From the NCBI GenBank assembly GCA_963666315.2, contig CAXXHG010000016.1, forward strand, positions 1 through 23,284: 23,284 bases of DNA. The letters are read 5' to 3'. Made by a program: the position numbers and the translations under genes. Shown piece after piece: positions 16,042-23,284 of the stretch (its first letter is position 1; every line of letters begins with the position of its first letter). A model generated the notes under the pieces. The model did no database searches. It saw only the letters and a program-made list of their open reading frames with translations, and had not been told where the DNA came from. This DNA comes from Candidatus Binatia bacterium. GTDB lineage: Bacteria; Desulfobacterota; Binatia; Bin18.

Positions 16042-16064
16042 GGGCGAGGTGACCTCGCCCCTAC
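16042..16064 (-). repeat. GTAG-tagged REP-like palindrome immediately after the acnA stop
   Basis: Minus strand GTAG-GGGCGAGG-TCA-CCTCGCCC; a second small hairpin GTCCGCA/TGCGGAC lies at 16018-16036. Confidence 0.65.
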
Positions 16065-16065
16065 T

Positions 16066-18789
16066 CTACGCGACCAACTGCCGCAGGATGTAAGGCAGAA
16101 TACCGCCGTGGCGGTAGTACTCGACCTCGATGGGCGTATCTATGCGCACCGTGACCCGGACTTCCTCAGTTTGTCCATTCTCCCGATGGACAACCAGGCT
16201 GGCATCTTGGCGCGGTTGGAGATCATTATCCAGCCCGACCAGATCGAAGGTTTCACTGCCGTCGAGATTCAGCGACTGGACGCTGGTGCCATCCTTAAAC
16301 TGACACGGCACCACACCCATAAGCACTAAATTACTGCGGTGAATGCGCTCGAAGCTCTGAGCCACGACGGCTTTTACGCCAAGGAGCCGGGTCCCTTTGG
16401 CGGCCCAGTCGCGTGAACTGCCCGTACCGTACTCCTGACCGGCCAATACCATCAACGGTATCCCGTCGGCCTGATACTTCATGGCCGCGTCGTAGATGGA
16501 CATTTGGATGGCCATTTGTTCACCACTGCTGCCGTTGTCCGGGTGATAGAGCGTCTCACCGCCTTCTACACCGGGCAGCATGAGGTTCTTGATTCTCACA
16601 TTGGCAAACGTGCCTCGGGTCATAATGTGGTCATTCCCGCGCCGTGAGCCGTAACTATTGAAGTCTTTGACTTTAACGCCGCGTCCCTGCAGGTAAATTC
16701 CGGCTGGTGAGTCAGGCTTAATGGTCCCGGCGGGGCTAATATGATCGGTGGTGACAGAGTCGCCCAGCAAGGCCAGCGGTCGTGCGCGGCTAATGCCCTG
16801 GATAGTTCCAGGCTGGAGATCAAAGGACTCGAAAAAAGGCGGTTCCTGGATATAGGTGGACTCCGCATCCCATTCGTACACAGTGCCAGTCGAACTCGGG
16901 ATGTCATTCCATAAGGGGTTGTGGTCCTCAAAATTGGTGTACAGGCTGCGGTATGTTTCAGGATCAAGAGCCGAGGACATCAGGTCCTGAATCTCGCTCA
17001 TGCTCGGCCACAGATCGCGCAGATACACGTCACTCCCGTCTTTGTCCTGACCCAGGGGCTCCTTGGCTAGGTCAATATCAACGCGACCTGCCAAGGCAAA
17101 AGACACCACGAGCGGAGGGCTCATCAGGAAGTTGGCGCGAATGTTCTGGTGTATCCGCGCCTCAAAGTTTCGGTTGCCGCTCAGGACACTGGCGGCCACG
17201 ATATTGTTTTGCGTCACTGTCTCTTCTATGGCCGGATTGAGTGGCCCGGAGTTTCCGATGCAGGTCGTGCAGCCGTAGCCTACCGTCTGAAAGCCGACTT
17301 GGTTTAAATACTCCTGCAGGCCGGTTTTTTCCAAATATTCAGTCACAACACGTGAGCCCGGGCCAAGTGAGGTTTTGACCGTTGGCTTCACGCGTAAGCC
17401 ACGCTGGACTGCCTTTTTGGCCAGCAGTCCGGCCGCCAACATGACGCTGGGATTTGAGGTGTTGGTGCAAGAGGTAATGGCCGCGATGAGTACGTCACCA
17501 TGGCCGATATCGCCCAAGTCGGTGTCTGCACCGTTTTGAATGGCGTACCGCTGGTCCAGTGTATGCTGATCTGTATTGAAACCACCTGCATGCAAAGGCA
17601 TGGTCAGCAAGTCCCGAAACCTGCCTTTGATGTCTGGGAGGTTAATCCGATCTTGCGGACGGCGAGGACCGGCCAGGCTAGGCTGAACGTCGGCCAGATT
17701 GAGCTCGATGACCTGGCTGTACGCAACCTCGCCCCTGCGCGGAATGCCGAACATATGCTGAGCCTGAAAATAGCTGCGGAAGGCGTCGACTTGCTCGTCG
17801 GTCCGGCCGGTGGCGCTGAGGTAGGTACACGTTTCTTCATCAACGGGGAAAAAGCCCATGGTGGCGCCGTATTCAGGCGCCATATTGGCAAGCGTGGCCC
17901 TATCGGTCAGGGCTAATGCGGTCGCTCCGTCGCCAAAATACTCGACAAATTTTCCTACAACCTTGGCCTGACGCAGCATCTCGGTACAGTGCAAGACGAG
18001 GTCGGTTGCGGTGACGCCTTCACCCAGGTTGCCGGTCAGGTGCATGCCGACGACGTCTGGCATCAGGAAATAGACGGGTTGGCCGAGCATGCCGGCTTCA
18101 GCCTCAATACCGCCCACACCCCAAGCGACCACGCCGAGGCCGTTGATCATGGTTGTATGCGAGTCCGTCCCGACGAGGGTGTCTGGGTAGGACACGCCGT
18201 CTCTACTGAGAACGCCCTTGGCCAAGTATTCCAAGTTGACCTGGTGCACAATGCCGATCCCTGGCGGAACAACCTGAAAGCTCTCAAAGGCCTGCATGCC
18301 CCATTTGAGGAACTGGTAGCGAGGACGGTTGCGTTCGAACTCGATCTCCATATTACGCTGGAGTGCATTGGCAGCCCCGGAATGATCGACTTGGATAGAG
18401 TGATCGATCACTAGGTCTACGGGCACTAATGGTTCGACCGTTTTGGGATCTTTGCCCAGTTGGGCTACTGCCGAGCGCATGGCTGCCAGGTCGACCAACA
18501 GGGGAACACCCGTAAAGTCCTGCAGGATAATCCGGGCAACAACAAAGGGAATTTCCGCCGTTCGGGTCTCTGTCGGCCCCCAATTGGCTAAAGTGCGCAC
18601 GTCGTCTGCGGTGATCTTTTGTCCGTCATAGTTGCGCAGCACGGATTCGAGGACGATCCGAATGCTGATCGGAAGCCGAGAAATCGGACCCACGCCCTCT
18701 TTTTCGAGCTGAGGCAACGAGTAAAGCCGGCTCGTCTTCCCAGCCGCAGTGGTAAACGTTTGAAGAGAATTGAAAAGGTTGTGTGGCAT
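16066..18789 (-). CDS. acnA: Aconitate hydratase A, 907 aa
   Basis: [57 protein letters not shown] (Fe-S Cys ligands), [30 protein letters not shown]. Confidence 0.97.
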   Translation of the reverse strand: MPHNLFNSLQTFTTAAGKTSRLYSLPQLEKEGVGPISRLPISIRIVLESVLRNYDGQKITADDVRTLANWGPTETRTAEIPFVVARIILQDFTGVPLLVDLAAMRSAVAQLGKDPKTVEPLVPVDLVIDHSIQVDHSGAANALQRNMEIEFERNRPRYQFLKWGMQAFESFQVVPPGIGIVHQVNLEYLAKGVLSRDGVSYPDTLVGTDSHTTMINGLGVVAWGVGGIEAEAGMLGQPVYFLMPDVVGMHLTGNLGEGVTATDLVLHCTEMLRQAKVVGKFVEYFGDGATALALTDRATLANMAPEYGATMGFFPVDEETCTYLSATGRTDEQVDAFRSYFQAQHMFGIPRRGEVAYSQVIELNLADVQPSLAGPRRPQDRINLPDIKGRFRDLLTMPLHAGGFNTDQHTLDQRYAIQNGADTDLGDIGHGDVLIAAITSCTNTSNPSVMLAAGLLAKKAVQRGLRVKPTVKTSLGPGSRVVTEYLEKTGLQEYLNQVGFQTVGYGCTTCIGNSGPLNPAIEETVTQNNIVAASVLSGNRNFEARIHQNIRANFLMSPPLVVSFALAGRVDIDLAKEPLGQDKDGSDVYLRDLWPSMSEIQDLMSSALDPETYRSLYTNFEDHNPLWNDIPSSTGTVYEWDAESTYIQEPPFFESFDLQPGTIQGISRARPLALLGDSVTTDHISPAGTIKPDSPAGIYLQGRGVKVKDFNSYGSRRGNDHIMTRGTFANVRIKNLMLPGVEGGETLYHPDNGSSGEQMAIQMSIYDAAMKYQADGIPLMVLAGQEYGTGSSRDWAAKGTRLLGVKAVVAQSFERIHRSNLVLMGVVPCQFKDGTSVQSLNLDGSETFDLVGLDNDLQPRQDASLVVHRENGQTEEVRVTVRIDTPIEVEYYRHGGILPYILRQLVA

Positions 18790-18940
18790 ACGAATATCCT
18801 TCTAAATCTTTGGACGCTGTCAAGAAGCGACCTATGATATGCGGATATATTCTATCCCAGCTGAAGGCAAGGGAGAGGGGCATACCGCGTGGTGGCGCAG
18901 GCTGCGCTATACGCACCAGGAACTCTCAGGGGGAACTTTC

Positions 18941-20008
18941 TTATGTCGCAAACCCCCGCTGAATATCCCGGACGCACGTCTGCAACTGCTCCCGGCCAGC
19001 TAGCCCATCAACTGGAATGCTGAACTCTATGCGTGTTGCCAGCCCTTCATAGCGCTTCCAAACCCGCTCGGCGATGTGGTCATAGGTGCCGACAACGGCA
19101 ATAGTCTCTAGCATGTCATCCGTAATCTGCTGTGGCATCTCCTCCCAGCGCTGTTGGCGGGAGAGGAGAGACAGCTCCGGGACGAGGTCGCCCCAGCCGT
19201 GGTGTTCGAACACCGCTCTATAGGTGCGGGTCGAGGCATAGAAGGAAATTCGCGCCCGCACGTTGCGTCTGCGTTGTGCGAGCGCTTCTTCGTTTGGAGC
19301 AGTGATGAGCAATGGACTGGCGCAGACCTCAATCCGGTCAGCTGAGCGTCCTGCTCTCTTTGCCCCTTTTCGAATAGCCGGCAGCATGACGTCTTGAAGA
19401 TAATTTCGAGTGCAAATGGGATGTGGGCGCATGCCGTCAGCAACCTCACCGGCAATCTGGCACATATATGGATTCACTGCGGCAAGATGAATAGGAATAT
19501 GCGGATGCTCAATCGGACCAGGGTTAAACAGCGGCACCATCAGGGTCAGATCGTAATGCCGGCCGTGAAAGTCGAGCGGCGTGCCATTTTGCCAGCAGTC
19601 CCACACCGCCCGAACGGCCTGAACATATTCTCGCATCCACGGACCCGGTGCAGACCACGGGACACCAAAGCGGCGCTGCATATGACCTTTGACCTGGGTC
19701 CCGAGCCCGAGAATAAAACGGCCCTGGGAAAGACGTTGCAGAGTCCATGCCGACATGGCGGTAACCGTCGGACTACGCGGGAAGGCCAAGGCCACTGCCG
19801 TGGTGAGACTGATCTTTTTTGTCGCCTGAGCGGCAAGGCTCAGCACCATAAACGGATCTTCTTTGGTTTCGGTGAGGACCATGCCGTCATAGTCGACGTC
19901 GTCCAGCAGGCGTGCGGCATCAAACACGCTGGACAGATCAAGCGTGACGTCGGGCTCTCGCAGTCCAGGGTCGACTTTGCCAAGCGGAAGATGCGTTTCG
20001 ACTTTCAT
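18941..20008 (-). CDS. Probable F420-dependent LLM-class oxidoreductase (TIGR03617/MSMEG_2256-like), 355 aa
   Basis: ETKEDPF, TAVALAFPRSP, LQRLSQGRFILGLGTQVKGH, FNPGP, AGEVADG..PHP, ISFYASTRTY motifs; GAGG RBS. Confidence 0.85.
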   Translation of the reverse strand: MKVETHLPLGKVDPGLREPDVTLDLSSVFDAARLLDDVDYDGMVLTETKEDPFMVLSLAAQATKKISLTTAVALAFPRSPTVTAMSAWTLQRLSQGRFILGLGTQVKGHMQRRFGVPWSAPGPWMREYVQAVRAVWDCWQNGTPLDFHGRHYDLTLMVPLFNPGPIEHPHIPIHLAAVNPYMCQIAGEVADGMRPHPICTRNYLQDVMLPAIRKGAKRAGRSADRIEVCASPLLITAPNEEALAQRRRNVRARISFYASTRTYRAVFEHHGWGDLVPELSLLSRQQRWEEMPQQITDDMLETIAVVGTYDHIAERVWKRYEGLATRIEFSIPVDGLAGREQLQTCVRDIQRGFAT

Positions 20009-20096
20009 TTTCCGTTACCTCATTGCCCCCCGTTTCCTGCGTCTTGTGCCGTCACCGGGTCAGCTAGTATATATCTGGAGTAAGAGAGGAAAGCCA

Positions 20097-22049
20097 ATGA
20101 ATCGGATTCCAAGGAGACAACGGATACGCATGTCAATTGGGACTTGCTGGACTTGCGGGATTTACTGGATTTTTAGGACCTGTTGGATGTATGTCCTGCT
20201 TCTGCTTTGCACATCCAGTGTTCAGGCTGAAGAAGGAACGAGCTTCGGCGCCGGGCCGGATGCCTGGACTGGCGACCTCAGCCCGATTACATCCCAAGAG
20301 TGGGGCCGTGACCGCGCCGCGCATCTTTTGGAACGAGCTGGATTTGGCGGTACGCCGGAAGACGTTGAGCGCCTGGCCGGCATGAGCCCCGAGGCCGCGG
20401 TGCGCCAGCTGGTGCATTATCAGGACATGCAGGCTGGGGACAAGAGTCACCTGCCGGCGTTTGACGAATCGGGCGTATTTGATGCTACGCTCGATCCATT
20501 CCCTAAGAGTCGCGCCGATGCCGTGCGTATTGCGCGTGCCCATGGTGAGTCCATGGGCGTCAAGGTGAAACCCGGTGGTGACCGGCCCCTGCAGCCGGTA
20601 GTCGACCGCTTCTTCTATTGGCTGCGGGCGGATGCTCTGGAAATGCGACGGGTCGGTCAGTGGTGGGCCCGCCGTATGCTCGTCACTCATCGACCGCTGC
20701 AAGAAAAACTCGCCCTATTCTGGCACGGCCATTTTGCAACGTCGGACATCAAGGTGCGGGACTATCGCCGACTGCTCAAACAGCTGGAGCTATTCTGGCG
20801 ACACGGCAACGGCAATTTTCGTGATTTGCTTATCGGCGTGGCCCAAGACCCGGCTATGCTTGTCTATCTTGATGCGGCTGAAAATATCAAGGGCCATCCG
20901 AACGAAAATTTTGGCCGAGAAATTTTGGAACTCTTCACCATGGGAGTCGGCAATTACACCGAGACCGACATCCGCGAGGCCTCGCGTGCGTTCACCGGCT
21001 GGAGCCATGTTGGCCTGGATTTTGTGGTTCAACCCAAACTGCATGACGGAGATGACAAGACCTTTCTCGGACAGACCGGAAAATACGACGGCATAGATAT
21101 TATCGACATTGTCCTCCAGCAAGATGTGACCGCGCAGTTTATTGCGACCAAGCTGTACCGCTATTTTGTTCGGGAAGATCCTTCGCCCGCGCTTGTGGCT
21201 CAACTCGGCGCGATTTTTCGAGACAAGAAATACGACATCGCTCCACTCCTGAGCACGATCTTTCTCTCGCGCGATTTTTATAGCCCGCCTGCGTATGGTA
21301 CGCAGATCAAAAGCCCGGTGCATCTGGTCATTTCGACCTACCGCAAATTGGGCCTGACCGACATTCCTGGCGTGCCAGACTTTAGCTCTACCACTCGCGA
21401 TCTTGGTCAGGAATTATTCTATCCGCCTAACGTGGCGGGCTGGGAGGGCGGACGCAGCTGGATGACTCCAGCGTTGTTGCTCGAACGTGGGAATTTCGCC
21501 CGAGCAGTATTCTTTCCCGACATGGTTAATTTCCAGCCGCCAGACCGCTGGATGCCGGTGACCAACCGGAAGGTCGCGGCCAAGATCGACCAGGGCTATG
21601 AAATCACGGCCGCGACGATTGAGAACGATGACACCGCCATGGCTGGGAACTCGCTGTCCGACTCATCCGATTCTCTGTCCACGTCGAACATGTCTATGTT
21701 CAATTTGATGGCTGGAGCAGATGAAGACTATAATACGCGCTACGGCAGCACCCATGGCTGGCAAGAAGCCTTCCGCCGGGTGAAACCCATTCCGCGTCAC
21801 GCCGCGCAGCTCAATATGACCAAGGTTGTTACCAGCGCGGGTCTCAAAACCACGACCGAGGTCGTGGAGTATTTCCTTGGCCAGCTGCTGCGCGCTCCGC
21901 TGGCTGAGGACGATCGTCAGGCCCTCATTGATTTCCTCACCCAAGAGTTAGGGACAGATCAGATTGAACTGACCGTGACGTATCTGGAAGAACCGGTGCG
22001 TCATCTGGTGCATTTGATTATGAGTGCGCCGGAATATCAGCTGGGATAA
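20097..22049 (+). CDS. DUF1800 family protein, exported (650 aa from ATG 20097; ATG 20130 also possible)
   Basis: AAHLLERAGFG, LQEKLALFWHGHFATS, DPAMLVYLD, PNENFGREILELFTMG, IKSP, PPNVAGW, C-terminal PEYQL; signal ending VQA-E. The 19944 start overlaps the divergent LLM gene. Confidence 0.9.
   Translation: MNRIPRRQRIRMSIGTCWTCGIYWIFRTCWMYVLLLLCTSSVQAEEGTSFGAGPDAWTGDLSPITSQEWGRDRAAHLLERAGFGGTPEDVERLAGMSPEAAVRQLVHYQDMQAGDKSHLPAFDESGVFDATLDPFPKSRADAVRIARAHGESMGVKVKPGGDRPLQPVVDRFFYWLRADALEMRRVGQWWARRMLVTHRPLQEKLALFWHGHFATSDIKVRDYRRLLKQLELFWRHGNGNFRDLLIGVAQDPAMLVYLDAAENIKGHPNENFGREILELFTMGVGNYTETDIREASRAFTGWSHVGLDFVVQPKLHDGDDKTFLGQTGKYDGIDIIDIVLQQDVTAQFIATKLYRYFVREDPSPALVAQLGAIFRDKKYDIAPLLSTIFLSRDFYSPPAYGTQIKSPVHLVISTYRKLGLTDIPGVPDFSSTTRDLGQELFYPPNVAGWEGGRSWMTPALLLERGNFARAVFFPDMVNFQPPDRWMPVTNRKVAAKIDQGYEITAATIENDDTAMAGNSLSDSSDSLSTSNMSMFNLMAGADEDYNTRYGSTHGWQEAFRRVKPIPRHAAQLNMTKVVTSAGLKTTTEVVEYFLGQLLRAPLAEDDRQALIDFLTQELGTDQIELTVTYLEEPVRHLVHLIMSAPEYQLG
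20140..20193 (+). repeat. Degenerate 9-bp tandem array x6
   Basis: GGACTTGCT GGACTTGCG GGATTTACT GGATTTTTA GGACCTGTT GGATGTATG. Confidence 0.7.
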
Positions 22050-22063
22050 GAAAGGAAGGGCAT

Positions 22064-23284
22064 ATGGCGAAGACATCTATAAAGACCTCTGTATTGAATA
22101 AGCCGCTCTCTCGTCGCGACGCACTCCGAGCTGGTCTGTACGGCCTCGGCGTGGGTACGGGACTGCTCTATAATCCCTTAGGGCCCTTTTTATCTTTTTC
22201 ACCTTGCTCGGCACTCGCCGAGCAAACGACGAGTGCTTCGCTGCATAGACATCCGGAACGCATCCTGGTTGTGGTAGAACTGTCGGGTGGCAACGACGGT
22301 GTCAACACGGTCATTCCCTATGGCGATGATGCCTATTACCAACTGCGTCCGACAATCGGCATTCCGGCAAAAGATGTCCGCAAGATTGACGACCATTTTG
22401 GCTTTCATCCCGCCATGGCTGGTTTCGAGCATTTGTATAAAGACGGCAAGCTGGCCGTAGTCCACGCCTGTGGATATGAAAACCCGATCCTGTCCCACTT
22501 TGCTGCTATGGGCTTTTGGCATACGGGCAGCCCTCATGCAGGAGAAAAGCTCGGCTGGTTAGGTCGTTTGGCTGATGCGCTCGACCCTGCAGTCCAGCGA
22601 GATTATCTGGTCAATGTTGCCACGTCGCAGTCACTGGCTGTGCGAAGTCGGGCGCACTCACCTTTAGTCTTCTATGACCCGGAGGGCTTTAAACGGAACG
22701 GCATCTATCAGCAACAACCCATATTTTCACGCCTGAGCGATGTGCGAAAAACGAATAACGCTGCGCTCAATTTTCTGACCGGCTTGGCTGAGAACGCGAC
22801 CGAAAGCGCGGCTTTTGTCCGTCAGGCCTGGACGGACTACACCACTCCTATAGACTACGGCGTGCGTGCTGCGGGACTTGGTCTTGATTTGCGTAAAGTG
22901 GCCGCGTTGATCAAGGCGGATATGCCAACCCGGCTGTACTATGTCAGTTATGCCGGGAATGTGTTTGACACGCATGTGCATCAGAATGATTTGCATTTTC
23001 GTTTACTCACCTACACCACCGATGCGTTACGTGGCTTTATGGCGGACCTGAACCGCATAGGCCGCGCCGCCGACGTGGCCATTATGGTTTTTACCGAGTT
23101 CGGTCGTCGCGTGCCTGAGAATGCTAGTAAAGGCACCGATCACGGCACAGCCACGCCGGTGTATGTGATAGGCGAAAAGGTCAAAGGCGGCTTCTACAGT
23201 ACCCCAGCGAGCCTGACCGACCTCGACGACGGAAACCTGCGTTACACTACCGACTTCCGCCGCGTATACGCCACATTGATCAAA
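22064..23284 (+). CDS. DUF1501 family protein with Tat signal, 3' end beyond the window (absent from the ORF track)
   Basis: Manual translation open from ATG 22064 to the window end: SRRDAL twin-arginine motif, VVELSGGNDG, SHF, FDTH, FTEFGRR..EN...GTDHG, DFRRVYAT; 14 nt after the DUF1800 stop, AAGGAAGG RBS. Confidence 0.9.
   Translation, partial: MAKTSIKTSVLNKPLSRRDALRAGLYGLGVGTGLLYNPLGPFLSFSPCSALAEQTTSASLHRHPERILVVVELSGGNDGVNTVIPYGDDAYYQLRPTIGIPAKDVRKIDDHFGFHPAMAGFEHLYKDGKLAVVHACGYENPILSHFAAMGFWHTGSPHAGEKLGWLGRLADALDPAVQRDYLVNVATSQSLAVRSRAHSPLVFYDPEGFKRNGIYQQQPIFSRLSDVRKTNNAALNFLTGLAENATESAAFVRQAWTDYTTPIDYGVRAAGLGLDLRKVAALIKADMPTRLYYVSYAGNVFDTHVHQNDLHFRLLTYTTDALRGFMADLNRIGRAADVAIMVFTEFGRRVPENASKGTDHGTATPVYVIGEKVKGGFYSTPASLTDLDDGNLRYTTDFRRVYATLIK

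Noticed and set aside
18860-18935. Glycine-riboswitch-like words (GCTGAAGG, GGAGAG, ACTCTCAGG)
   Set aside because: Motifs are in the wrong order (no CCGAAG after GGAGA) and on the strand opposite the downstream gene acnA
19944-20096. N-terminal extension of DUF1800 in the ORF track
   Set aside because: Overlaps the divergent LLM gene head-to-head; an RBS-supported ATG exists at 20097
20140-20193. CRISPR-like or collagen-like (Gly-X-Y frame, ORF 20137-20385) repeat
   Set aside because: No spacers and only 9-bp units; the Gly-X-Y reading is an alternative frame overlapping the conserved DUF1800 CDS

Overview
Bacterial chromosomal DNA of moderately high GC; the gene content (paralogous DUF1329/MMPL genes, a TIGR03617-type F420-dependent LLM oxidoreductase, DUF1800/DUF1501) tentatively suggests a Deltaproteobacteria/Binatia-like organism. 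Positions ~870-15930 form a co-directional minus-strand envelope-transport cluster. In transcription order: DsbA-like oxidoreductase, MMPL/RND #2, DUF1329 #2, a membrane-anchored coiled-coil protein, a GldA/GldF/GldG-like ABC system with DUF4340, a helical lipoprotein, DUF1329 #1, a YCF48-like beta-propeller lipoprotein, MMPL/RND #1. No DUF1302-type outer-membrane barrel is visible. DUF1329 #2 is broken by a perfect 14-bp tandem duplication and a 1-bp insertion near its stop. The two DUF1329 paralogues share an upstream motif at identical spacing and a 38-nt perfectly identical tract. The rest of the window holds acnA, the LLM oxidoreductase, a DUF1800-DUF1501 pair (the latter truncated by the window), a probably leaderless small lipoprotein gene, CGTC- and GTAG-type REP-like palindromes, several terminators and many short tandem duplications. 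No rRNA, tRNA, CRISPR array or transposase was seen. All family calls come from motif recognition, not database searches.
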